From the human T2T-CHM13v2.0 reference genome, Homo sapiens: a stretch of DNA of 64,000 nt. Every line of letters starts with the position of its first letter. Positions within the stretch are counted from its first letter, which is position 1. The stretch lies in NCBI RefSeq assembly GCF_009914755.1, contig NC_060927.1; one strand, 5' to 3'. Below are positions 13,810 to 25,344 of the stretch, in pieces. The position numbers and the translations under genes are program-made. The notes beneath the pieces were generated by a model that saw nothing but the letters and a program-made list of their open reading frames with translations, did no database searches and was not told the origin of the DNA.

Positions 13810-13975
13810 AAGTGTGGTATGTGGAAAAAAATCTCTAGATTTAAGTTTCTACTGAGTTCACCCCCCCACCCCCAACTTTGTAAAATAGGAATTACAGTTC
13901 ATGGCTGCTGCCTGGATATAGAGCTTTTGTCAAGATGAAATGAGATAATATTTGTGATAGCATTTTGAAAAACTC
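13810..13975 (+). mobile_element. MIR fragment
   Basis: tgtaaaataggaatta...ttgtcaagatgaaatgagataata matches the MIR core and 3' part. Confidence 0.55.
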
Positions 13976-14532
13976 ATGCATTTTCTACAGATTACGGTAT
14001 TAGTAGCAACTCTTTAAAAGTCAAGGCACTTACCATATCTCAAAGTATTAAAAGATAAAGTACTTATTTTCAGAATTAAGTTTTAGACCATGTACAATTA
14101 TGCAATTTTTAGTTTGTTAAAATGATTTTTAAGCTTGGAAAAATTTGGGGACAATTCTAGAAAGGCTAAAATTTGGGCTGCTCCTTGACCCAGGTTTCCT
14201 AAATGGTGCCCCAGATCAATTGCCTATAGTTAAGTAGATGGAGAAAGTGTAGCATGATTGTAAAGTTTCATAATAAGTCCACGGCATTATTAAGGAATGA
14301 TGTAACGTTAGGTTCTTTTGATGTATTATGTATTCTTGGCAGGTCTCTTTAGCCATTTCCAATTTTGAACACTTTTGCTCTCTTGGTTTCTTTGTTTTCT
14401 TACTAATTGATTTTATTTGGGATAATAAAAAAGAACCAAAAAAGCAGCTTAAAAATAATTTAATCCTTCTTTTTAGTTTTATGTTTTATCAATTTTAGTT
14501 TTGCTTTTTATTATTTATTTCTTCCTACTCTC

Positions 14533-15629
14533 TGTTGCGGGAAGTCAGGGACCCCGAACGGAGGGACCAGCTGAAGCCATGGCAGAAGAATGTGGATTGT
14601 GAAGATTTCATGGACATTTATTAGTTCCCCAAATTAATACTTTCATAATTTCTTACACCTGTTTTTACTGCAATCTCTGAACATAAATTGTGAAGATTTC
14701 ATGGACACTTATCACTTCCCCAATCAATACCCTTGTGATTTCCTACGCCTGTCTTTACTTTAATCTCTTAATCCTGTCATCTTCATAAGCCTCAGGACCC
14801 TGTGATGGTTGTGTTAACTGCACAAATTGTTTGTAGAGCATGTGTGTTTGTTTGAACAATATGAAATCTGGGCACCTTGAGAAAAGAACAGGATAACAGC
14901 AATGTTCAGGGAACAAGAGAGATAACCTTAAACTCTGACTGCCGGTGACCCGGGTGGAACAGAGCCATATTTCTCTTCTTTCAAAGGCAAATGGGAGAAT
15001 TGTCGCTGAATTCTTTTTCTCAGCAAGGAACATCCCTGAGAAAGAGAATGCATCCCTGAGGGTAGGCCTCTGAAATGGCCGCTTCGGGGGCAGCCGTCTT
15101 TTATGGTCGTAGTTGTAGGGATGAAATAAGCCCCAGTCTCCTGTAGTGCTCCCAGGCTAGTAGGATGAGGAAATTCCCGCCTAATAAATTTTGGTCAGAC
15201 TGGTTGTCTGCTCTCAAACCCTGTCTCTTGATAAGATGTTATCAATGACAATGCGTGCCCGAAACTTCATTAGCAACTTTAAGTTCGCCCCGGTCCTGTG
15301 GTCCTGTGATCTCTCCCTGGCTCCATTTGCCTTGTGATATTCTATTACCTTGTGAAGCATATGATCTCTGTGACCCACACCCTATTCGTACACTCCCTCC
15401 CCTTTTGAAAATCACTAATAAACACTTGCTGGTTTTGCGGCCTGGGGGGCATCATGGAACCTGCCAACATGTGATGTCTGCCCCAAGACACCCACCTTTA
15501 AAATTTCTCTCTTTTGTACTCTGTCCCTTTATTTCTCAGACCAGCCGACACTTAAGGAAAATAGAAAAGAACCTACATGAAATATCAGGGGTGAATTTTG
15601 CCTGATATCTGGCTGAATTTCCCCTGATA
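14533..15629 (+). mobile_element. MER11 (HERV-K11/HML-8) solo LTR, MER11A-like, subfamily uncertain
   Basis: Starts tgttgcgggaagtcagggaccccgaacggagggacc and ends ggctgaatttcccctgata. Internal duplication attgtgaagatttcatggaca (~14597, ~14688). AATAAA at ~15417. 6-bp TSD actctc (14527-14532) / actttc (15630-15635). Confidence 0.95.
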
Positions 15630-15635
15630 ACTTTC

Positions 15636-16560
15636 TTTGGTTTTTAAACTTTTTTTAATTTGAGTATTTTCTTTAATATCTCTTCTTTAATGCTATAGTC
15701 ATTTTGATGGTACATTTTGCTGTCTTTACATTCTGATAAGACAGTGTTTTCTGTTTGTTGTTTTCTAGATAATGAGTGATTTCAGTTTTTTATTTATTCT
15801 TTGACATTTTAGAAATATGTTTCTTAATTTTCAAAGAGTCAGAATGTTTGTGGTTAACACTAAAGTTCTTTTTCTAAATTTTGGGGGAACTAAGGTTATA
15901 GTTTTGGAACTTTATTAGTTATTTGGCTAAATAAAACAGTTTTTAAAGATTTAGGAAATTTTCACAGTGTCCTAAAAACATATATTTTATGATAGATTTA
16001 TTAAATAGAGTTGTTGATTTTATTTGTTTAATTCCCCTATGTCCTTGCTTATTTTTACTTGCTAGTGCTGTCAGATTGTTAAATAGTTATTAAAATATTA
16101 CCATTGTTCCCATTTAGCCTATTTTCATTGCATTTATAATACTTTTTGAATTAATGTTGAGCAAATATTATTATAATATTGTTTCAATGTTTATATATAT
16201 TTCATAAATTAAGCATTGTATCAGTATATCATTTTTCTTTTTTACTATGTTTTGTGTTTTCATTGATTTTTGTCTTACTTATTTGGATAAAAGTTTTCTG
16301 TCTTCCATTGTCTACTTTTTAGCTTTGTCAATTTACACAGGTTTTGACAATGCCCACCCTCTCCTTCAATTCATCTCTAGAATATTTTTATTGCAAAACA
16401 ATGTTTTCAATTCTTTGAAGGTTTTTTTTTTTATGCTGGAACTGAGCAAATGTCCTTGCTATTCTTTTTTTTTTTTTGTGCAAGTGATCAACTGTTTTTT
16501 CATACAGTTACATTCCACTTGGAGCAATTTTTATAGAAATGTTGTCTTCCTACTTCCATA
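15636..16560 (-). mobile_element. Highly decayed antisense L1M-type sequence, probably continuous with 14330-14532 across the MER11 insertion
   Basis: T-rich strand asymmetry and L1-antisense-like phrases on both sides of the LTR. Subfamily not assignable. Confidence 0.4.
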
Positions 16561-17559
16561 ATGTGGACTTCTTCATTGAGGATCATGTTTAGCAGCTGAG
16601 ATAATTTACACAGAAGGGATCTTCTAAGTAAAGGCAGGACTAGCATCTGTCCCTATAGGCCAGCTGCTACAGACCTGAAAATTGTCATTCCTCTGTTAGG
16701 GCATCAGATGCAAAGGCTGTCACCCTCTAGCTCTCAAGATTCAGGCAGAATCTGCTGGCTTTTTAGCTCTCTGCAGCTCTCCTGTAGCCAGATCACCCCA
16801 GGATACTCATGAGGCTTAGCTACTCCTCCATTCAGGGCAAGATTGCAACTTACAGTTGTGTTTTGAAGGAAAATAAATACAGGCCAAATTCTTGCTTTTG
16901 CTCTGCTCCCCAAGCCTGAACACCAGCATTAGACTATGTACAGGGGCACCTAGTTTTTTATATAAAGAGCGCTTTCTGCTTAGCAAGCTGTCTGCCCAGA
17001 GGAGGGATTTTATTTTGAATCACCCATCGGAAATAAGCACCTTTTCCTAGTTTCCCAGAGGCAGTGTGTAGGCGAGTGAAGGCCCTCCCTTTGGCGTCTA
17101 CAAATCTTCTTATACAAAATGTTCTCTCTTTCTCCCTCTCTGTCTGTCTGTCATGAATCATTACCCTGGAATTCTCAACTGCAAGTCTCCTGGCTCATTT
17201 TAGGATCCAGGACTGAAAGAAAAAAGGATGAGAATCCTTTACTAGCGCTAGCCATCCTGGACCCTCACAGTTTCAAAAGTCTTACTTGGGCCCTCCAGAC
17301 CACTTCCTTGAGACTCTAGAGTCAGTTTAGCTCAGAAGAAGTAATTAATTATTAAATTGGAGTTGAATGGGTATGAACAACACAGACTCATTTAGGAAGC
17401 CGTTTTTGCAGCATCCTATAGAATCTCTCTGGATTTTGAATTCTTAAAGGCTGTTTAAGTATCAACTATGGCAGAGTATAAACTAAATAACATTCATTTC
17501 ATGCATGCCAGACTCACCTGGCACGTCTCTTTTACTTGCTTTGTCAGTCTAGCCACTCC

Positions 17560-17885
17560 AACTTCTTTTAGTGCCTCCTCAAATATTCTGTGCTTCTTAA
17601 AGACCCAAAGGTCTTGATTCATGTAATCTGTTCCTTTTACATTGCTCTCCATACTGCATTTCTCAGACCAGGATACTCATTCCAGGTAGGCTTTCTTGAA
17701 GACCTCAGCCAGGTGAGGGCTGTGGACTAGGCCACCCTCTGCATTACACCTATCATAGCATCTGGTATGAGCATCCATCTCTTGCCCTAGATTGCAAGCT
17801 CCATGCAGACACAAGACCATATCTGTTCTATTTCTCCTTGTGTCTACAGCAACTAACTGAAACAGTGCTTAAACAGTAGAAACCA
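17560..17885 (+). mobile_element. L2 fragment
   Basis: ctagattgcaagctccatgcagacacaagaccatatctgttc...acagtgctt matches the L2 3' region. Confidence 0.6.
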
Positions 17886-18049
17886 ATGGGGTTTTTCGCA
17901 TGACTAAAACCAGGAAGAAACCCAGGTGCTGCATGAAAGTTTTTCTAAGAGATCAAAAATCTCAAGAATATTTGAAGATAAAATTTGGTGGTTGTTAAGT
18001 GAAGGAATCTCATGCTAAACGTTCTTACATTAAGAAATGGCATTGCCCA

Positions 18050-18455
18050 ACATATTGCTGTGAAAAAATTCAAACATACTGCCAAGTTAAACTTATAGTG
18101 ATCATCCAATACGCCTAGTTTCTACCATTAGAATTTGGCATTGCTTGTTTTATTACAAATCTGTCCATCTACCTATTCCTATATCTATCTTTTAATTCAT
18201 AATATTCAATAAATTGCAAAGTAAATTGCAGACTTAAGTACATTTCTCCTTAAATATTTCTATGTACATTATTAATTATAGTTAAAACTTTTTAATTTTT
18301 TTACTCTTTTGAAGTAATAATTCACAGACAATGAAATGCACAAATCTTAACTATTAATTTACTCAGTTTTTGATGAACGCACACACATGTCACACAAATA
18401 CAATATCAACATATATAGATTATTATCACCTCAGAGAGTTACTGCATACCCTTTC
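18050..18455 (-). mobile_element. L1ME/MC 3' end fragments
   Basis: tgtgaaaaaattcaaacatac, gaagtaataattcacagacaatgaaatgcacaaatcttaa and ttattatcacctcagagagtt are reverse old-L1 3' UTR motifs. Confidence 0.6.
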
Positions 18456-19199
18456 TGAAAGTCATTTGTAAAAATAGTATAATACTACACTGCATTTTTC
18501 ACTAAACTCTTATAAATTTAAATGAGTGATAAAGAAATACATAAAGATAGTAATACAACCAAGCAACACTACTATTGGACAATGTAATTTAATTTAGCTG
18601 AAATCTTAAAAAATTAAGAGAATGTATCCTTTATAATCTGTAATATGCTTTTTTTAGTGACTTCTTCCTCCATAATTATCTAAGTTCCTACTATTTTTGA
18701 GGATTTCACCTTAGTAGAAAAAGAAAGATATCCGTTTGAACTCTTTCAATACATGAATCAGGCTGATAGTCTCACCTCCTTTTAAGGAGGCTTTTGCGAA
18801 TAGTGGATAGAGCATAGATTTTGGTGAATAATCTATTTTATCCAGGTGAATGACTTTAGTAAGTTATCTAACTTTTTGATACATAGTTTCATTATTTGTA
18901 AAATGTAGAATATAATACTCACAGAATTTGGGGAGTGATTGAGAAGTAAGTGTCGATCATGAAATGAAATAATACACTATAAAACTGAAATCTAGTTCAT
19001 TTTTCTCTTATCTTTGAGCTCCTTATATTTGGGTGCTTTATGTGTTAAAAGATTATAAAACAAAATTAATCTATGCTTAGGGCAATGGCAGGAAGAGAAA
19101 AATGAAGATGTTTTTAAGTTTTTTAACATAAGCACCAAAACCTATATTATTTTTACTATACCCTGAAGCCTTCTTAAAAAGAGGTAAGACTAAAAGTCT

Positions 19200-19206
19200 T
19201 ATCTAT

Positions 19207-19249
<43 letters not shown>

Positions 19250-19276
19250 CCTATCTATCTATCATCTCTCTATCTA
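19200..19276. repeat. Tetranucleotide STR (TATC)10 TACC (TATC)3
   Basis: Directly visible. Pure (TATC)10 at 19208-19247. Confidence 0.97.
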
Positions 19277-19479
19277 AACAGAGTGTGTGTTTTTCAGGAT
19301 ACCTTCGATTTATACCACATAGGTACCTCTATGTATGACACTGCCAAATGATCCTCTAATTAAGTGCTTTGAATCTCAGAAAAGTTTGTTTTCAATTACT
19401 TCATAATGCTATTGTAGAAAAAAAGAAAAGAAAAAAAGAGTGGCTCTAGAGCAAGGTGGCTCAGAAATGATTCTCCAGA

Positions 19480-19696
19480 ATGCTTGTCTTCGTATCTCTA
19501 TCAACTACTAAATGCGTAATAGTGGGCCAGTTACCACCATCCTGTGCCTCAAGTTGTTTTTTTTTAATGTGTAAAAGACAAGCAATAATATTTCTTACTT
19601 CATTGTGCTGTTGCATTGATATACTGTCTTTATGTAAGTTCTTAGAATACTACCTGGCATATAGTAAAGCCTCAATAACATGAGTTGTTATTATTA
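19480..19696 (+). mobile_element. MIR SINE
   Basis: gggccagttac..ctgtgcctcaagtt..tgtaaaa and the 3' end cttagaatactacctggcatatagtaaagcctcaataa. Confidence 0.8.
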
Positions 19697-21609
19697 AAAA
19701 CAGGCAGACATAGGGTGAAATATATCACTTATATTCTGTGTGACCTTGAACAAGTTACTTCTCTGAGATTGTTAACATATTAGTACACATAATTAATAAA
19801 ATATGAAATAATAATATTTGGAGGACAGTGTCACATAGTCAGTGACTAATAATTGTTTTTGTTGCACTTTTCTGTTTTAAATCAAGATTTTATCTTGATT
19901 GAAAATTAGATTTTTCAAACACATTGATGCCTACAATGACTGTTTCACCAGCTACTGAAGACCAGAATTTTGGGAACCTTTGCCCCAGAGAAACCATAAA
20001 CACTGGCCAGAGAGAATTAAATTAAGAAATGTTAGATCACATTTAATTCTACTGCATTAGCATTAATTTTGCCATATCTTTTTAGAAAAATGCTGGGGAT
20101 TAGATGCATTATTACATTTATTATTCTAATTATTATTATTGTTGTTTGTTGGGTTCTTGAGAGTGCTTTTATTTCCCTTCTTACTTTTCATATAATAAAT
20201 GGCTTTGGAGTTTACCTTACATGATGGGTATATTTTTAAAATATTATATCTTTGTTTTTATAATTCTATTTAAAATTATTTTGTTATAGATGATACAATT
20301 TCTTTTCTATAATGTTCTATGTGTAGCTAATATTATTTGCCAATTTTGACAAAACTGTAAAATTACTGTCTTATACTTTTGCTACTAGTGTCTATTACAA
20401 ATAGATTTTTAAACTGAGATTTTTTAAAAAGGAAAAAAATAAAGAGCATTTTTAATGTTTTCTGTGCACATTTGCAATGTGAAATCACTTGTAACAGACC
20501 CATACGACAAATTAGCAGATCTTTATTTTGCCAGGTTTCTGACCAAGTCAATGTGACAGTGTATGGGAAACCATACCAATTAACAGGCCTGAGCAAGCTC
20601 CTCATTTGACAAACATTTAATATGCAATAAAATAGGAACTTGGAAGTACTGAAACTCACTGATGGAAAAAAAGAGAGAGAGGAGCTCTGTTGCTTATCTG
20701 GAATAAAGATGAAACTTAATTAAGCTAACAAGATGCAAGCTATAAAATATATTTTTTCTTTTCAGGGTTGAGCTGAATTTTACTTTAACAGGCAACTATG
20801 AGAGGTCATCTCATCCTTCCTTCCCTTCCCAGTCTACATTAAAGCACAACCGTGGAGTCCACTGCCTGCTTTCTTTCTGAGAAGCAGTCATTCTTATTGG
20901 GAATGATTATGTTAGAATATAACTTTTTGTTTAAAATTCTATTGAAGACATCCTATTTCAAGACATAGTTTTGAACTTTTGCAAATTTCTAGTGACTATC
21001 GTTTACTAACTGCAAGGGCCGGCCATGTCTATGCCTCTTGCTGCCTTCTTCCTGGTAGATTGGTGTGTATCTAAGAGTCTCTCAGGCAGCTCACTAAACT
21101 TGAAATTGATTCACACCATTTGTGTATTCTCCAGGCATTTCTTTATTAATAAGCCCTTCCCACTTTGCTTTGTCATTCAATAAAAAGATTATGCTTCAGT
21201 CAGTAATTTAAAAAATTATCAAAACCCATGTTTCTTGAATAATAATATCAATATTTTAGGAAATTTTTAATTTACATGTTGTCCATATTTATTTTATTTG
21301 CAACTGGTATACATTTAAAAAACTTATTACAGATAATATGAACTGACAAGACAAAGTAGAAGCTCATTATTCATATTAAAATTTATTATCTATTAAATAG
21401 CTATACATAGCATTTTTATCATAAGATTTAATGCATCTTAAATATGAATCAATTAATTTTCAATTTTAAATATTTTATGAATGTTGATATTTTATAACTG
21501 AATTCAGTTGTAATCTCTATTTTTTAAAGTTAATAAAGTGACATTAAAGGCACTAAATCAAGCCAAGATTAATCAATGTGGGGCTTTTAAACTAATTCAG
21601 AATGAATTT

Positions 21610-21760
21610 ATTTATTCAAACATACGTTATTATATATTACCCAATTCATACAACTTTTAATTGAAAAATTCATTGAGCACAGACTCTAAATCAGGCATTT
21701 TATTAAGCCTCGGGTACAGAAGGTAACAAATAGATATGGCCATTGTACTCTTCATGCTAA
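21610..21760 (-). mobile_element. L2 3' fragment
   Basis: cattgagcac..aggcattttattaagc..gggtacagaaggtaacaaatagatatggcc is the reverse L2 3' end. Confidence 0.5.
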
Positions 21761-22643
21761 GAAAGGAATATAAGAAAATAATCAGAAGTAGCATCTGTAA
21801 GCTCAGAGTTTAAGGTCATGATCTTTGTTTTTCTACTGTGTTTGGCTTACATTAATTTGATTTTGAAAGGCCGCTTATAATCTGTGAAGTACATTTTGTA
21901 TACAGACTCTATACAGTTCAAAAGAAAGAAAATAATATTGTAATTAGCAGTGTCATTAACAAGAACAGCAGACTATAAATGCCTTTTTTATACATTACAA
22001 AAAATTATCAGTTGACATATTTTGATATTTAGACAGTCTTTAGATACCTTTCATATGCCACAGAGTGTTCTCATAGCCTTCTTGTTGAAAAGGCTTTATG
22101 CTTTTTATTGATATTCCAGGTGCAAAGCTGATCTAAAATTCATTAATATTAAGATGAGAGAAACTATATTGCCAAAAATCAAGGCGGTATTACGTTTTAA
22201 AGACAAGAAATTCCCTTTACAATGAATTGGGAATAATCTCAGAGCAAAGGACTCCCAATTAAACATTATTCTTTTGTAAAGAATATGTCTTCATTTACCT
22301 TGATAAGTTGATGGTAATCACTAAAACTGCAAGAAATTATCTATTTAGGACAGCACTAGGAATTTGAAATAAAAAATTTTAGAATTATGAATACATTCTC
22401 TAATACTAAAAAAAGATAAACTGTATCATTGGTATGTAGATTGACTTTTTTTTCCACTTTTGTTTCTGTTATTCCACTTTCTGCTTTAGATTCTTTTATG
22501 TACCAACCTCTGATATGCTTATTCATGTTTGCTAATATTAAATTTAAAACAATTTTCTCTACATGGGAGGCATTAGTAATGCTATCAGGAAGAAAAAAGA
22601 GAAAAGAGGGAGAAAAAAGAAAGAAGTAAGTTCTAAGATCTTT

Positions 22644-22648
<5 letters not shown>

Positions 22649-22678
<30 letters not shown>
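22649..22678. repeat. (TG)15 microsatellite
   Basis: Directly visible. Confidence 0.98.
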
Positions 22679-22679
<1 letters not shown>

Positions 22680-22760
22680 TATAGTGGCACATAAAATAGA
22701 AACAAAGTCACAATAAGCCTACAATAATCTAAAAATTTATGCAGACTTTGGTGATTGGGT

Positions 22761-23287
22761 TGATATAGGTATTTGGCAGGATCAGTTTCCAAGACAACAG
22801 TCCACAAGACCTTGCTGTAAGACAGGAGAAGGTAAAAGAAACCAGCTAAGACCCGCTAGAACCAAGATAGTACTGCCATTGCTCATTAAATGCTAATTGT
22901 AATACATTAAAATACTAAAAAAAAAAAACCTCCCACCAGCCCATGACAGTTTACAAATGCCATAGTGATATTCAGAAGTTACTCTGTATTATCTGGACAG
23001 AGATAAAATCTGGGTTCCAGGTGCTTCTTGCTGCTTTCCCAGAAAAACTCATGCCTAATTCACCCCATATTCAACATATGATCCAGAAGTAATCATAGAT
23101 ATAATCAGCGAGCAGCCCAGAGGGGCGGCTCTGCCTATAGAGTATCATCCTTTTGTTTCTTTGCTCTTCCAACAAACTTGCTTTCAATTTTATCTATCAG
23201 CACTCTCTAGAATTGTTTTCTATGTGAAGCCAAGGACCCACCCAGACTACTGGGTTGAACCCCAATTTGGGGGTTTGCCCTGCAACA
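22761..23287 (+). mobile_element. 5' LTR (MER66)
   Basis: tgatataggtatttggcaggatcagtttccaagacaacagtc ... catgacagtttacaaatgccat ... ccccaatttgggggtttgccctgcaaca. These match MER66 ends and the MER41/66-shared core. Confidence 0.9.
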
Positions 23288-23293
23288 TACTCT

Positions 23294-23311
23294 TGGTGCC
23301 CAACATGAGGC
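23294..23311 (+). promoter_or_regulatory. Primer binding site, tRNA-Lys(CTT)-like
   Basis: tggtgcccaacatgaggc is 15/18 to TGGCGCCCAACGTGGGGC, and two mismatches are CpG decay. It lies 6 nt after the 5' LTR. Confidence 0.75.
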
Positions 23312-23378
23312 AAGATGAGGAAAGACCTTCACCCAGACCCCAAATTAAGAACAATCAGCTCCATTTGGCCACCACAGA

Positions 23379-23387
23379 TGGGTGAGT
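23379..23387 (+). promoter_or_regulatory. Retroviral major splice donor
   Basis: TGG|GTGAGT about 70 nt after the PBS, the usual position in gamma-like ERV leaders. Confidence 0.65.
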
Positions 23388-24780
23388 GTCCTCTTCGTTC
23401 CCCCTTGACATCAAACTCTTTGCTCTGATATTCCTTTCTCTTTCACTCTCTTCTCTCCTTCTTTACCTTTCTGGGTGGACCAGGCAATGGGAACAGGGTA
23501 TCTGGCTTCATAGTCAGTTCACTGTTCCTCCTTCTGTTGTCTGGGTGCTTCAGATGGGAGCATGCCTGGCCAGCCATGTCATTTATAACCTACCTTGCTC
23601 CTCCTCTTGGACATTTTCTCTTTCCAATAACTGGCTGTTTTACTTTTCCGCTCTTAGGGACAAAATGCATGCTTGCGGTTGTCATCACACTTGTAATCTT
23701 TGCCTATTTGGGCAACTGTTTTTATTCTGTGTAAGGCAAGACACTTTCTTTGTTTTTCAGAGGTCCCCCATTGTTCTGACTCTGGGTTGTCAGAGTCACA
23801 TTGTTCTGTGGCCCCAATTGTGCCTTTGGTGTTCACTGTTGGGCACCTTCTGGATGTTCCAGGGCTTTCAGCATGTGATGTGGGGAGCTTCGTTGGCTGA
23901 TACCTGGATGCTCCAGGTCTTTCAGTATTTGGTGCCCTGGATACGTATCAGGTGATTGTGTTGACAGCAAGTCCGAATTTGTTTTATTTTTACTGGAGAC
24001 TGTGGAACCACACTGCATCGTTTGTCAGTGTTGTTCTTGATATTTTTCCCTATGCTGACTATTTTCAGGACTTTTTTTTCAGTCTGTTCTGAAGTTAGAA
24101 GTTACTATTTTCTGCAGTAACCAGCTGACTACCCGGCTGTTTGCTCTGCCATTGCAGATTGCCACTGGAAAGAATCGTATCAAAAGGATTTGCTTCTAAT
24201 TTATTACTACCATTCTCTTAATCAATGGTGTATGCTTACGACTCTAAAACTCCAACTTTACCTCTGGTTTCTAAAATGGGCAGGAACCTTAATCTATTTA
24301 CCCTGCTTGGAGACCTGGAGCCTCCACTTTCTTGTCGGAAGTTTCAGCCTGCTGGCATTCTGGTCATTATTATTGCTGCCAAATTCCCTCTTTTGCTCAT
24401 AACCGAGACGCTTTCTTCACTCTTTGTGGAATTCAGACCATAGTTGCTCCTTGGGTCCTCACTGCTATATCTGCACTGAAAACTCTGATTTTGGTCACCC
24501 TATTTTCACTTCACCCTCTATACTGTTCTTGTTCAAACAACTCTTGTCACATTCTGTATACTGGTGTACACAGTCATCATTCCTCTGCTCACTGGTATCT
24601 CATCATCCACTTTCATCACACTCTGCTAAGTATACCTGTGCCCTCTCTGCAGGAATTGGTAGTAATAGCTTTACTGACTTTTATTGAGGAAAACAGGAGG
24701 TGGAAATTTGAAAGAGAAAACAGCTGGGCTCTCACTAAACTCGGAACAATCCCTGTGTTTAGTAAAATTCCTTGTCAAAA

Positions 24781-25150
24781 ATGAACAACAGCTACCATTT
24801 TGAAGGACTCATAACTAGAGTGCCTTTTAGGCAACTGGAATAAATTCAAATGCGATGGTCAAAGGAAAAATAAACTTACTCTCTAGGCGAATATTCCCTG
24901 GGTCCATTACAAACTGAAAGACCAGGAAGTTTGGCCTGAAAATGGTTCTTTGCACTATAACACTACTTTACAATTGGACTTCCGTAAAGGAGAACAAAAA
25001 TGGGGAGAGGTCCCTTATGTTCAGGCTTTTATGGCCTTCTACCAAGATCCTGACTTGAGGGACACATGTAGAATGTGTCTGGCTCATGTTATGTCCAGGC
25101 ACCAAGAAACTGTGCTGGACATCCTGGGTGATCCCCTCCTATGCTGCTCC
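24781..25150 (+). pseudogene. gag: ERV gag matrix (MA) remnant
   Basis: Translates in pieces as CLLGNWNKF..., WVHYKLKDQEVWPENGSLHYNTTLQLD..KWGEVPYVQAFMA, matching class I HERV gag MA. Stops and frameshifts present. Confidence 0.88.
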
Positions 25151-25167
25151 ATATCCCCTGCTTGATA

Positions 25168-25330
25168 TCCCCTATCAAGTATTGTTCAATCTCCCTACTA
25201 CATTTAAACTTCAGGGAATCACTAGAGGGGTACGACTGTCCAGAGTTAAACCTGTTTCTTATGAGTCCCTGCACACACCAGAAGAAAACACAATGACCTA
25301 CACTTGTGAACCTCTAGAAGACTTGAAAAG
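25168..25330 (+). pseudogene. pol: ERV pol integrase C-terminal (GPY/F) remnant
   Basis: PYQVL..PTTFKLQGIT..VRLSRVKP...YTCEPLEDL in ORF 25086-25361 matches GPYQVLLSTPTAVKLQGI.SWVH.SR.KP. Confidence 0.85.
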
Positions 25331-25344
25331 CTGTTGTGTCATTC

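Noticed and set aside
14755-15605. 92-aa and 116-aa ORFs
   Set aside because: Entirely within the MER11 LTR. Not proteins.
18775-18795. Hairpin CCTCCTT-TT-AAGGAGG plus T-run resembling a rho-independent terminator or Shine-Dalgarno
   Set aside because: Eukaryotic context, and a 7-bp stem is expected by chance.
19876-19905. Short inverted repeat aatcaagat/atcttgatt
   Set aside because: A 9-bp AT-rich stem, not significant at this base composition.
23386-24784. 189-aa and 150-aa ORFs in the ERV leader (possible glyco-gag or pre-gag)
   Set aside because: Non-ATG starts, pyrimidine-rich low-information translation, no continuity into gag and no recognisable homology.
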